A DNA stretch of 60,493 bases, the filler included, from Sphacelaria rigidula (taxonomy: Eukaryota): NCBI GenBank assembly GCA_964200075.2. It is 7 parts of 7 records of this genome, joined end to end, with 100 filler letters (N's around TTAATTAATTAA, not from the genome) between each part and the next. Parts side by side here need not be neighbours in the genome. Positions count along the whole stretch, not along the records: positions 8,658 to 17,214 come from CAXNAA020010785.1; positions 17,315 to 25,870 come from CAXNAA020010786.1; 5 more parts are not named here. One strand, written 5' to 3'. The notes under the pieces are model-generated. The model had not been told where the DNA came from, did no database searches, and saw only the letters and a program-made list of their open reading frames with translations. Both the position numbers and the translations under genes were made by a program. Every line of letters begins with the position of its first letter. Position 1 is the first letter of the stretch. Positions 12,145-24,601 of this stretch are shown in pieces.

Positions 12145-12465
12145 GGGCCGCCGCGCCCGGATGGTGTAACGATCCGACTGTCGCCAGTAGCGTGGAGAAA
12201 ACGACGGTTCGATTTCCGATGCTCTGAGTTTTTTCTTCGTTGTATCTGATTTCCACCGTGGAAAGCGTGAGAACGTGAGTAAACAACGTAGTCAACCGAC
12301 TTCGTTTGACGTGGTTTGACGCGGTGCGGGAGTACTTACCCGATCCGCGAGACCAAAATGTAAGGCGTGCTCTGGGGAAAGACGGGTTGATCACTTGAGA
12401 CCACAGACTCGCCCCGAGAAAGGGGAGGGGTTCAAGTGAGACAAATAGTAGTAATAATAAAATAA
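12145..12465 (+). mobile_element. SINE family B (second tRNA-like head), full-length copy
   Basis: A-box-like TGGTGTAACG and B box GGTTCGATT; family 3' end GACCACGG...AAAGTGCGACAA plus an AAT-rich tail. Other copies: 14752-15035(+), 41955-42262(-); fragments at 230-370, 738-810, 9003-9095, 12553-12610, 12925-13080, 39498-39670. Confidence 0.75.
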
Positions 12466-13428
12466 TGATATTATTGATAGTAGACGCAATAGTCTATACT
12501 ATACGCAGTACACTTTCTTATAGTGCAATCTATTGCCCAGGGTGTGGACTCTTCAGACCACGGACTCGTATCGAGGAAGGGGAGGGATTCAAAGTACGAC
12601 AAAAAATAATACTAGACGCAACAGTCCATACTGTACACAGTACACTTTCTCATAGTGCAATCTATAGTCAATATCCAGCGCGTGGAAGTGTGAAAGTATT
12701 GCCGGGGGACGCCGAAAACACACTTGGCAATGCTTTCCCCGTGAAATTGAGCCCGTATGCCGCTGCCCAAAGGTGGTCTCATCATACAAACGACATGACT
12801 AGCTTGAAAGATGTTGGTTCTATTCTCGGGCGCCAGATGCATTTAGTTTGATTCTTTTCTGTCATGGTAGCTGATTCCATCATTGAAAGCGCGCGAACGG
12901 TAGCGATGAAATAGCTGTTCGACTGCGTTTGTTTGACGAGAGTCGACGCCGTGCGGAAGTAGCGCGGGTCCAAATCAAATTTACGATACCGAAATGTAAG
13001 ACGTGTGCCGGGGGAGATGATGCACGGGTTGATTCCTCGAGACCACAGACTAGGTCCCCAGGAAGGGCAGGAGTCTATAAAATGCGATTTGAGAAGAAAA
13101 ACAAATCGAAAGCGTAAAACGTTTTGTACTACAGGCGGCGTTGGTCGACATACGCTGCAGCGGCACCAATAATTGTGACCTTGTGCACTGACCGAGATCG
13201 TTTATAACACACATACCATCGCTATTATAGTTGGTAATCACTTGTACAGGCGTGCAGTACAAGACACACGGCACCGTGACCGTTTCGAAGCGACTCATGA
13301 GTAATAGTGCAGCAAAAAACATATGGCGCCGGGATCCACACAGCACTACATAAAGAAAAAAAGTAGAAGAAGGAAATAAATCGTGCCGTGAACCAACCAA
13401 CAAAGAAGAAAACAAAATACACGCTTGC

Positions 13429-13559
13429 CTTCCTAGGTGCGCCCCGATGAGACCAAACTTGACCGAGTCCTCCACTGTTGTCCCCGTCAGCTTCACCAGG
13501 GCTGGCTCTTGAGATCCCCCAAAAGATAGCAGCGCCAGCAAGCAGTGGAAATTCATTTC
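13429..13559 (-). CDS. Probable internal exon of an unidentified gene (EMNFHCLLALLSFGGSQEPALVKLTGTTVEDSVKFGLIGAHLG), GC-AG donor
   Basis: Pyrimidine-rich tract ending tcAG, an open frame, and donor AG|GCAAGC in phase 2 matching the exon at 11178-11278. The plus-strand alternative exon has stops in all three frames. Confidence 0.45.
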
Positions 13560-15696
13560 CTGACCAAGGCCGGTGTAAGCGGCGGGACAGAAACAGGCAA
13601 CGCAGGGTGACCTCACCGAAAGCGCAAGCACGTGAGTATCAAGAAAAAACGCCGACGAACGTGGACGTGTTGCCGTAGTGCTGCTTCGATGCTCGACAAT
13701 GTTTCACCAGGCATTTGGAGGGAGAGGTACGGGTCGATTCTTTTGATGGACGATACGATGAACCCGCCCCGAGGAAGAGAGGTGGAGGTTCAAATGAAAG
13801 CATAGCAAAAAAACGGACGGAGTAATACCAGAGCAGTTCATACAAAATTCGACTTCACGGTCGACGAGGGAAAGGGACTGCTAAACCCTTCTCGCGAAAA
13901 AATAATAAAGGCAAGCACCGCAGAAGAAAGGTGGGGTACTAAAGAAAAAGAAAAAAGAAAAAGCTCCTGTGTTGACATTCCTCCTGTGCGACCCCGCTGG
14001 TGCGCTCACATATTCCGAAAGGTGTAGACCGACGCCCAGAATAGATGGGACGACAACACACAACACACACACAGTTCATAGCGTGAGTTGTAAGAATAGA
14101 AGTGGTGAGGGGTAATGAACAAAAACGATGGCGACAACAGCCGGCCGAGGCTCAGTACGACGGAAGCCGTCTTGAGTTGATTTCGGGGCTCTGCCTGGTC
14201 GTTGATGTGTGTGGGTGTGTTGTCGTTCCATCTGTTCTGGACGCTGGTCTCCACCTTTCGGTACAGTATATGCGAGCGCACCAGCCGGGGTCATACAGGA
14301 GGAAGGCCAACACAGGATCTTTTTTCATCTTTTGCTTGTTTTAGTTATCCACCCTCCTTCTGCGGTGCTTGCTTTATTATTTTATCGCAAGAGGGGTTCA
14401 GCAGTCCCTTTCCCTCGCCGACCATCAAGTCGAATTTTGGTCGTTGATGCGTACTGTGTATATTTGGCTTGCCGGCTATCTCCACGGAAACTAATGAGTA
14501 TGTTCGGCGGAGACAACCATGCGTCGCTGCCTGTCTATTGATTCAGTAAGGGTACTGATCCAAACCCTCATGGCGAATAAGGGAAACAATGAAAACTTAA
14601 TATTAACTTGCCGTGGAAGTCATCATGATGGTGCACGTGGTCGGGAGGTTCAACACGAATCAAGAGGTATTGGCAGCGGAATAAAACATGCTCCTGACAA
14701 TCGTGCGCAGGTACGTGGCACATTCGAAAATAAAAAAAAAGAAGGTATGGGTCGACTGTCGCCAGTAGGATGGAGAAAACGACGGTTCGATTCCCGATGC
14801 GTTGAGTTTTTTCTTCGTAGTATCTGATTTCCACCGTGGAATGCGTGAGGACGTGAGTGATTCAAGTAGTTGGCTGAGTTTGTTCGATGTGAGTTGACGC
14901 GGTGCGGGAGTGCTGATAGTCATGACCCAATTCGCGAGACCAAAATGCAAGGCGTGTACCGGGGGAGAGATGGGTTGATCCCTTGAGTCCACGGACTCGT
15001 ACCTAGGGAGGGGAGGGGTTCAAAGTGCGACGAAAATATTTGAACGAAAAAACAGATCGACTTTGGCGCTGCAGGTTGAGGACAGTGCCACATGCACGCC
15101 ATGTGAATGGGGCTGCATGTGAATAGGGGCATCTCTCGTCATCTTGAGTTGGGAGCACCATTCAACGTTGTGATTGTGTGATTGCATCCATCACCAACCT
15201 TGCACTAGCTAGAACCAACCCATTGCCAAGAACCGATGTTCTCTAAATCGTGCGCGAAACTGGGTTACTCAGTGGCACCGGCTCCATGTGTTCCGCTTTT
15301 CTTTTTCTTTTTTTCATTTCAGTTCTCGCATTTTTTTGTCCGCTTTCTCCATCCCATTTTTCTTGTTCACATCCTATTCCTTTTTCGACCTCCCTCTATC
15401 GATTGTACTACCATTTTGCTCACCTTAGTTGATGACCCTCGCTTGGTGGCCATGCTAATCCCCTTTTGCCATCTGTCTTTTCTCGTCTTTCTTTTCTCTT
15501 TCCTTTCGGTGCGCTTTTACGCAGATCTAAAGTCTGTTTCTTTCCTTTATCCCGATGAACTCAGGGAAGCTATGTCTCACCTGATTTCTTGGCGTCTCTT
15601 CTAATTTTTATTCTGCTAATATCTTAGTTTATTGTTCCTGTTTTTGTTATCAGTCGGGAGTCTCAGAAAAAAAAAATGATGAGGACTCTTGTGTCT

Positions 15697-15778
15697 TGTG
15701 AGGAATAGTAGGGATGGTATTGGAAAGACGAGCCTACGTCTGTGACCACGAGTTCGACAGATCGGACTGATATGCGGA

Positions 15779-15839
<61 letters not shown>

Positions 15840-15950
15840 TAATAGTAATAACCCTGGTTACGTCCATCTCGAGACCACGGCTGGATCCTTCTGGGATCAC
15901 TTCATGTGCGATAAGCGATCAACTAATCGATCCATCGATGAATCAGTCAG
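15697..15950 (+). mobile_element. Non-LTR retroelement 3'-end module(s) with internal (AAT)n and a CAAT-like tail
   Basis: GTGACCACG...GCGGAAAT(AAT)n followed by GAGACCACGGCTGG...GTGCGATAA. Related segments: 11397-11920, 59045-59150, 832-940, 41120-41230(-), 56273-56365(-). Confidence 0.6.
15779..15850. repeat. (AAT)n microsatellite
   Basis: Long AAT run inside the retroelement 3' module. Confidence 0.95.
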
Positions 15951-16441
15951 ACCCGAGAAAATTCAGAAAAGAGGAAGGAATTTTCCCCAGGAACGCTCAC
16001 GACCGTCACATTCGGCGCCGTCGTGAGTCCACAACATCTTACCTGCGCACACGCGTTAGCTCAGTTTCGAGTGGCCGGGGTCTTCTTGAGCTTACGAAAG
16101 CACGACACGCATTTCAAACAATTTCTCCCCCCTTAATTTCTACGGTACGAAGTGTTCAAGGGTCGGACGAACCAATTATTCGTCTGGAAGTTTATTGATC
16201 CTAGTGTAATTGATTCGTATCGTATGAAGCAATCCTTAGGCTTTGTTTCCAGCGCTGCAACCCAGGTACACGCAGCCCAGGCACGTGGAATAGCGCAACA
16301 TTGCGTGGAGACCTCATTGACCAGCGGCCAACTTTCTTCTTTCGAGCGACCAGGCCTGAAAAATCGTGAATTTGGTGATTCGAACCGGCGATGATTCGTC
16401 CGAACCGTGGAACCGTTCATGAAGGGACACAGGCCGAAGCT

Positions 16442-16665
16442 CATAAGAGTAGGGCGACGCGTGCACTGCGCCAAGTTCAGAGAGGTTTTTAGTGGGCTTA
16501 GCTCCCCACACTGCCTTGAGCAAAGCTTCAAGAAGGCTCGAGGCGCCTGCCTCATATGATCGCCACACGGTGGTCTAGCCAAGCCTCGGGGTAACCGGTG
16601 CACGAACCCGTTTGCGGGGTAATTGCTGGGCAAAGTTTCCTCCTTACTTCAAGGGGGAAAAAAAA
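16442..16665 (+). repeat. ~200-bp dispersed element family E
   Basis: Three copies start at the same ATAAGAGTAGGGCG-like motif: 6628-6848, 16442-16665, 54185-54380. Two end in a purine/A-rich tail. Confidence 0.75.
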
Positions 16666-16755
16666 GACGGATGCAACGACCAAACTTCGCACGGGCATAC
16701 TATTTATGAGAAAGCTCCAAGACCTTTCATTTTTTTTTTCTCCAGTCACGATTTA

Positions 16756-17008
16756 AGTCATCCTACGATAGGGGGGGAGGGGGTGTTTTGGGCTGCTTCT
16801 TGCCCGAACTTCCAAGTCAGATCGTCGTCGAAAGCAGCGACGGTTGCTCGAACGAGCTTGTTATAAAAAAGTAACGCTTAATCATACTGCTTGACACCGT
16901 TTTTAACCAAATATAAGCGAACCGCGAGTGTGTCAGGTCGTCTGACACACCTATGAGCCTCTTTTTTCGTGGAATCAAACTCCCCCGCCCCCCCATCGTA
17001 GAATGACT
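16756..17008. mobile_element. MITE with ~20-bp TIRs AGTCAT(C/T)CTACGAT.GGGGG
   Basis: Inverted termini seen directly; a solo end also occurs at ~83-102. Confidence 0.65.
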
Positions 17009-17592
17009 CGTTTTACCTCTCCCCTTCCTCAGGATACGTCCATAGTGTCAAGTGATCGATCCTTTCTCTCTGCCCTCCCCCCAGTACAGGACTGCTCCGT
17101 CTCGAAAGGGATGCGTGGTCAGTGGTCAAATGACTAAGGCAAGCAACAAAGGAGGACGCCGCGCCCCCCACCCCCCCCCCCCCCACCACACACTGTCCGC
17201 GGCCAGACATAGAANNNNNNNNNNNNNNNNNNNNNNNNNNNNNNNNNNNNNNNNNNNNTTAATTAATTAANNNNNNNNNNNNNNNNNNNNNNNNNNNNNN
17301 NNNNNNNNNNNNNNACTGGCGATTGCCTTGGGCTTTTTCGCCTGCCACGACTCATTATATCTAGGATTCAAAGATACTTGAATCCGCTGCACACTTTCCA
17401 CAAAAACAACACTGTTTGGAATATAGAGTGACTCATGGGCTTACGGGCTGATTTGTCATCGACAGTCCTGCCATGTCTCAATCCAGATTCTGACTCTTGA
17501 AAAGTTTCCCTTGATCGGGTGACGTGGTGACGTGTAGCGTGTGACGACTCGTGTGTCACGCTTTTGCTATCGAACTTTCGACTTCGGAAGTG

Positions 17593-17732
17593 AACCGGTA
17601 AAACCGGTTCACCGGTTTAACCGGGTCAAAAAAAACTCCGTTTTTTTTTTCGTTACCGTTACCGGTTAACGCCTGTGGGGGTTTCCAAGAGCCGGTTATA
17701 ACCGGTTCTTTGTCTGCCGGTGCCCACCTCTA
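17593..17732. mobile_element. hAT-like MITE end with ACCGGT subterminal repeats
   Basis: Multiple CCGGT motifs ending in GCCCACCTCTA (reverse complement TAGAGGTGGGC). Confidence 0.55.
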
Positions 17733-18726
17733 TCAGCGGGCAAACTGAGCGAATTTTGTAGATGGGTATTTTTGGAGATGTTTCGCGTACCTGCCGCTTA
17801 TCACGCTGAAAGTTTGATTTCATAGTCTCGGGGAGCGGGAGATATTAGGATCCGCTTCGTTTTTCGAAAAAAAAAGTGCGTTCAATACCGAACGACTGAC
17901 GAGGTGGCCGGTTCACGGGGGTCCTCCGACTACACAGCCCCAGGTTTTGACTCTTCGATATTTTTCTCGATTGAACCAAACCTGATCGTTGTCGTGAACA
18001 AATAGAAAATGCTGCTTTTCCTGAAATTATACCTTTTCACTGTGCTAGAGCCGAAAAACTGTGTTCTTTGGACAGATAACGGTCGATGGCACCCTACTGA
18101 CACACGAGGTCTCTACTCCGTATCACCCCGACAACACTAACTGGGGGATTCCGCCCCGAGCACAACCTTTTATTTACCCAATACCTACGGACTCTAGCAC
18201 GGTGAAGTGCTGAGAGAAATAACATGCGAGGGAATAAAAAGAGATCCACTACATTACAAATTCGCCCACTTTACCCGCGGACCATCATTAAAATAAGAAC
18301 CTTTGCCGACAACTTCGGCTAATGAAAACATGAACACAGTGTGAACCGGAAATTGAAGAAGTAGAAAACCAAGTCGCACAACTCAAGCAGGTTACCTGGA
18401 AAATCTGCAGAGTGCGCAACCCACACGAAGCACTTCGTACCGGCGACAACAGCATCGGAAGACACATTGCGCATTGCCATTCAGGAGACAGCGCAGGCGG
18501 TAATTCGACGGAGCGAACCAACCGTCGGAAACAAACACAAGCACACAAAACATAAAAAACCGACCGAACGATAAAAATAGACGAGGAACGAATCCGACAA
18601 GAGAAAAATCTCGCATTCGAGTGCACGCGCAGCTCTGCGATTTTCTGGACCAAAGCCTGACGATTACGCCCAAACACACTATATCCATCCATCCTACGGG
18701 TGACACGACAAGGAAGGGGAATGTTA

Positions 18727-19080
18727 TGTGTGTTGTAGTCCCAATTATTTTGGACACCGGTCTACACCCTTCTGTATATGTGGGCGATTCAGTCGGGGTT
18801 AAACAAGAGGAAGGCCAATGCAGGATTTCTGTTCTTCTTAATTTGTTCTAGTACCCCACCTTCCTTTTGCGGTGCTTGCCTTACTTTTTTGTCGCGAGAG
18901 GGGTTCGGCGGTCCCTTTTCTTCGTCGACCGTTCAGTCGTATTTTGTTCACCGACGACATAGCCACTCTCCATTGTTGAGCATTGTGTGAGAAAAACTCC
19001 CACATCACTCCGAGATTTGGACCCACAACCCAACCGTACGAAGGTTTTGAGGTTACCAACTGAGCCACCAGGGCGATCGG
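18727..19080 (-). mobile_element. SINE family A, full-length copy inside SPT4 intron 2
   Basis: Matches the family along its length; the head lies ~36 bp from the SPT4 exon 2 donor. Confidence 0.85.
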
Positions 19081-19116
19081 CTTGAATGAAAAAAAAAAAA
19101 AGTACAAAAATCTTAC

Positions 19117-19208
19117 CCGCTGAAGTAGGTGGTTGTGCAATCTTGCACGCGGTTCTGGTCGCTCTCCATCTGCAAAAACGGGCAATTGATGCACCCGTTG
19201 TTCACGAA
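19117..19208 (-). CDS. SPT4: SPT4 exon 2 (FVNNGCINCPFLQMESDQNRVQDCTTTYFSG)
   Basis: Acceptor agcAG in phase 0; GCxNC and DCTTxxFxG Spt4 motifs; donor GG|GTAAGA. Remaining exon(s) were not found on this contig. Confidence 0.93.
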
Positions 19209-21151
19209 CTGCTTGGATACCACGCGTGCGGCCAGCAAACGAAAAGGAAACGCAATAACCGAAAATATCCAACAACGTTCGACGAAACGATGTAAGACGG
19301 AAAGGTTGTGTGGGGGGGCGAAGGCGGCAGGAACGGTAGCACGAATGATGAGAGACGATGGGAGCCTTGGGTTAACCGAGTGTACGGTGTTTTGGCGTAT
19401 GCGGGCATCTTGCTTCGGAACATCCATTACACCGACAGCTACGCTCCGGGTTATCAGACATTTAGTGTCTCGTGATAACATGTGAAAATCGAGAGTATTT
19501 CGCCGCTGGTTGTTCGCCTTTCCCCGTAACTACCGGTTGCGCTGTGAACAGTCTATCTGAACATGAAGCGGGCAAAACGAACAAAAACAAATGCCAGAAA
19601 ATAGTCATGCCGCATAAAGTTCGCTGTCCAAAAATCCATTCGACGGGTGGAACTACACGCACGTTTTTCTTCAGATAAGATCGAGGTCGTTGATATCTGG
19701 AAATATTCTGTCGAACGGTTTCGACAGTCTCTGGCGGCCCCCCGTTGCGGGAAACGACCTTGCAACCCTTGAAATCGAGCAAAATAGAACAGAGACACTG
19801 GCAACTGGAAAACACGGGCATTCGTTCAGCGACAAGTGTAAAAAACCTTGCCTCCGAACTCGAGAAATATGTTGTGATGAACGGCTGCCGATTACATGTC
19901 TGACTTTTTCGGCTGAAAAGTCGGTATCAGGATTCTGACGCACAAAATGACGTACGGCCTCGCCAACGAAGAGAAGAGTGGTCACTAACGGAAAGAAGGT
20001 TTTTCCTGCCCGTATTGCGCCGCGGAGCAAATAAAAGTGCAGTAGAAGTATAGTGGAGTAAGATTGGGGGCCAAGCTGAGAACTTTCAATGGAACGTCAT
20101 TGGCCAGTCATCTTCCAAGATCGTGGCTGCCTCGATTTCAATTCGGTGAGAGGGGTACCTCCGATGGATAATCGCACGGCACGGCGAGTGGGCAAATGAT
20201 TAGATAATAACTTCGTATCGTTGAAACGCTCACCAAGATATCCGCCCAATTGGAACGCCGGTTGTCGCTGGTACAACAATATCGTACTGTACTTGAACAA
20301 GACAAAATCACCCGGGCGCGGTGATAGCCCCACAAAGGTCTGTACGAGAAGGTGCAATCTAACTCTTCGAGCACTCGCAGACGGACACTTGATTTTGATG
20401 GTCATTTTCCAATTGAGGGTAATGTCGATTCAACACATTGACATCCCTCAGCGGGTAAGGATTCAGGGGGCACCATACTAACTGCTGAAGCCAACTTCGG
20501 AAATATACACATGCGGGCGGTGCGTCTATTTTGCAGTTTGAAGCTCCACTTTAGACACGATAGTCGATCAAGAACCAAGCACACAAGGACGCACGACCCG
20601 GTGGTGCATGAACCTAATTCCCTCCTGTAGCAAACCCGACGCCGTGCGTCGCACATGGTACTCAAAGAGTTGCTACTCTCATCGAAAGAGCGGCGCGGGG
20701 AACTCCCGGCACAGGTCCAATTTTAACAGTCCCTGAATGCCAACTGTCGACGGTCATGTCACAAATCATGGCTCAAATCACTTTGACCATGGCCAGTGAG
20801 AAGGGTTTAGATACGTGCTCCGCGCAGTAGGGTATACTACACATGGAACTGAAATGTCGGATAGATGGTTAAACACTCGACAGGTCAAGAGCGTGGTGCG
20901 AACAGCAACCTACAATACAGACAGTAACCAACTGGGTGCATTCAAATTCAGTACAAGCCTGGTGGAGGCAGCAAGAATAACTTCGCGACAAAATCTGCCC
21001 GCTACAGGACAGCACAGGGTATGAAAAAAACGATCTCGATACCACCCTTGCTGCAACGCACGTACCTACCCATTGACTGCACTCTTGCTATGGTTTGTAC
21101 TACTGTACAGATATGTTACCGCCGGGATACGATGCTGACTGTCGTCTGTAC

Positions 21152-21271
21152 CTGATCGTTGCCCTTGACCAAGGAGCAGCGCTTGCAGGCCCGTAAACCC
21201 TTAATACCCCCGGGAAGTTCCGCCCAGGTGTTCTCGTCGCCTTCTTCTTCATCATACTCGATATCGCTCAT
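21152..21271 (-). CDS. SPT4: Transcription elongation factor SPT4, exon 1 (MSDIEYDEEEGDENTWAELPGGIKGLRACKRCSLVKGNDQ)
   Basis: ATG at 21271; LRACxxCxLVK zinc-ribbon signature of Spt4; donor CAG|GTACAG in phase 0. It is absent from the ORF track because it is shorter than 60 aa. Confidence 0.93.
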
Positions 21272-21970
21272 GGTTCTTAGTAAACACTTGACGTGGTACG
21301 AGACTACTGGTACTCGCTGATACGGCGAGGTATTGGCGGACGGGGATGAGGCAATGGTATGATGATCTATGTGTTGGGGGAAAGGTCGAACGGTTGCCCT
21401 GTACTATATTTTTATTTTTTAACACCTTAGCCAAAACATTTTTTTCAGCGTATATGCACAGGGCGATGGGGTCTTCTCTATTACAATGTTGGTGGTAAAA
21501 TGTGTTAAAATGCTATAATGGAAAGAATTCGTAAGATCCTCCTTTTTGAGACCTTTATCGTAGCTCATTCACACTCACTGCAATGAATGATTCAATGCCG
21601 AGCCAATATTGTAGAGTATGGTAACGTACAACGCGTAGTGATTTAGATTATGGCGGATGGTATCTTGATGACACCCCCCTACACAGACGGGCTCGGATTT
21701 AAAAATAACACAGTCTGCAAGATCATGATGGTGATGATGGAAGCAGTGCCCCAATTGCGGCATATGACATCACGCACACAACGACAGGTGGCTTGCACTA
21801 TTCAGAAACGGCTTATTTCCACATCTAAGTCGACGGACATTTCATACAACACAAAGCGACAACTGCAGCACCATCATCGCGATACAAAGTGCGGCGTAAC
21901 TCATCGCCCACTTGTTTCCAATATCGTGCAGCGGAACAATCATACTCGCAATAGAACGTGGGTGCCGTCC

Positions 21971-22132
21971 ATGTTGTCACGGAGCTTTGGAGGGGAGCGT
22001 ACGCGGCGAGCTCAGCCAGCGGTGATGAATATCTGTACTGGCGGCGGGACTGGTGTCGCGGAAAATGGTCTGCAGCACTGGGTGGCGACGGTGGCTGCTG
22101 CCGGGCTGGCGGCGGCAGCGGCGAAACACCAG
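21971..22132 (+). CDS. Possible first exon of a gene divergent from SPT4 (MLSRSFGGERTRRAQPAV...AAAGLAAAAAKHQ)
   Basis: ATG in a GC-rich stretch and a strong donor CAG|GTATGT in phase 0. No recognisable domain. Confidence 0.4.
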
Positions 22133-24377
22133 GTATGTATTGTACAGCCAGGACAATCAAGGGGCAGTACAGGTATCATACGGCCAGTGGATCCTCGTGC
22201 CCGCCAAATGTAAGTGAGAAGGCTCACAAGAACATGTTTAGCACCGATAATTCAGAGCAGGCGCAACTAGCCCTTGGGCTCCCTTCTTACGACCTGCAAT
22301 ACTGAAGTTCTGCTAGCAACGGGTGCTTATTTTGGCCATTTAGCGATCTTCTCCGACGGTCACAAGGGCTGTTATTAAGCCGCTTCTTGTATTCTGAAAA
22401 AAGTCGCTGTAAGGCCGTGTCTTTCGTGTGTGTGTGTGTGTGTTGTCGTCCCATCTATTCTGGACGCCGGTCTACACCTTTCAGTATATGTGGGCGCACC
22501 AGCCGAGATCGCACAGGAGGAAGGTCAACACAGGACTTTTTGCTTGTTTGTTTGATTTAGTTGTCCACCTTCCTTCTGCGGTGCTTGCCTTTATTTTTCT
22601 TATCGCGAGACGGGTTCAGCAGCCCCTTTTCCCTCGTCAACCGTTGAGTCGAATTTTGTGTACCCACGACATAGTCGCTCTCCACGGTTGAGCAATGTGT
22701 GAGAAAAAATTCCAGATCGCACCGAGTCTTACGCCGATTCTTCCGGTTCGCTTTTTCCCTCGTTTTTAGCAAATAACGAGGTAAAAGTACGAGATGGCTA
22801 CTTACGGTTCGTGTTTTCACAAGATTCTCGGGAAAAAAGTTATTAGACGAGGGAAATTCTCCAGTACGAGATGGGCCCTCCTGGCTTGTATTTTTGGAAA
22901 AAATACGAAACGAGATCGACCGATCGACTTGTATTTTTCTCTCGTTTTTTCATTCGCCGCGCGGCGAGACTAGCAACGCCCGCCAGCCCTGAATGTGCTT
23001 GTGGCCTTCGACATGTGCGGGGCTCTCCTGACAGCAATGTCGAACATCGCCAGCGCCGTTTACACACTAGACCAACCTTTGCTTCGCCATCCCGGCGAAG
23101 GCGAGATGCCGTCAAGGGTTGATAACCTATTGGCATCGACCGTGCTCTCGAAAACCTGCAGCACAGATACTACCCAGGGCAGAGACTACAGGATACTGTC
23201 TGTGCTGTCTCGTGCAGTGAAATGTAGGTGTCAGTTTGCATACAACAGTATACATGCGCACATGTCAAGTTAGAGACGGTAATATACAACGGCTGCTCTA
23301 AAATTGATGTGGAGGAGTGCAGTACAGACAGCGCTAGACAATACAGTACAAATGTCTGTACAACCGCATACGTGATACGGTAGTAAAGATAGATTGGAGA
23401 CATCAGGTTGCACACAGTGCGAGCTGGGAGCGGGGCCAGCAGCGATCGGGGGAGGTCTGTGTATCACGTCTTCTTAAACAAACACAGGAAGTTTGGCATG
23501 GCGAAGTCTTTAGGTCTTTGAGCCTCGCCTTGGCATGCACACCCCTTTGAATTCCACTGACCGTATTTTTGGTACCTCCCCACTCTTTTGGTACCCCACC
23601 CCCCTCAAAAATATATCTGGAACCGTAAGCTAGGGTCAACATCTGTGATAGTATTTTCCTAGCGGTACTTTTTCCTCATAGTTTGTTTGAAAAAACAAGG
23701 AGAAAAAACGAACCGGAAGAATCGGCCTTAGACCAACTTTTATGGCAACGAATCTCGATATATTTGAGACCTCGATTTTGAAAATATCGGGGGAACTAAA
23801 ATTCGCAAACTCAAAATCGGGAGGACCGTTCCATGGTACATACAACAGTACAGTACCACAGATTTGTGAGACGGTTCTGTACACAAACGGTCATTTTCTG
23901 CATGAGTGTGGTACTGCGTATTCATGCATGAAGCCGAAGAGTAGGCAGGCGGTGAACAATCCTTCGAGCACAGTGCCGTACCTTAGTACCTCAGGGTAAT
24001 ACAGTGCAGGACACTCCATCAGTACAGCACATGATAATGCCGTGTGGTAGTACATGATGGCACAGTCGGTATTGCGAGAACAGAGAACAAAAAGTGCACG
24101 AGAAGAGTTCAGTAGTGCAGTGCCGTACATCACCCCTCAAGTAAAGCGACAACAGCTAGGAGAGTACAGTAGCGTTCGTTACAGTGATACATCTGGCAGC
24201 GCAGCGCAGCATAAAAATTATCATCGCCGCAGGGTACGGCGTCAACACTTATTATCCGCTTGTCAAACCCCGTGCGAAGCTGCTTCAGCAGCTGGCGCGG
24301 GCGGTAGGCACGCCCTGCGCTGTCACGAGACTGTCTTCTGCTGCCGTTGCAAAAATATCAAACGCCTCGTACCCCAC

Positions 24378-24601
24378 CATTGTACGTCAATGCACGTACG
24401 TCACCTCAAAAACATCGGGGGGAGTCACGATCTCGGAACGATTTCCCCCGTTTTTTCGGAAAATCGGGAGAAACCGTTCCGAGATCGTGACTCCCCCATT
24501 TGTTTTTACCCCGATTTGGACAACCGAATCGGTGTCCATACAATGCGTTCCCCGTTTTTTTCCCCCCGATGCTCGAAATAACCGAGATTGGTGACTGCCA
24601 T
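24378..24601. mobile_element. Non-autonomous DNA element with an internal ~80-bp hairpin; reverse copy at 26211-26423
   Basis: GGGGGAGTCACGATCTCGGAACG ... CGTTCCGAGATCGTGACTCCCCC at 24417-24497. Confidence 0.65.
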
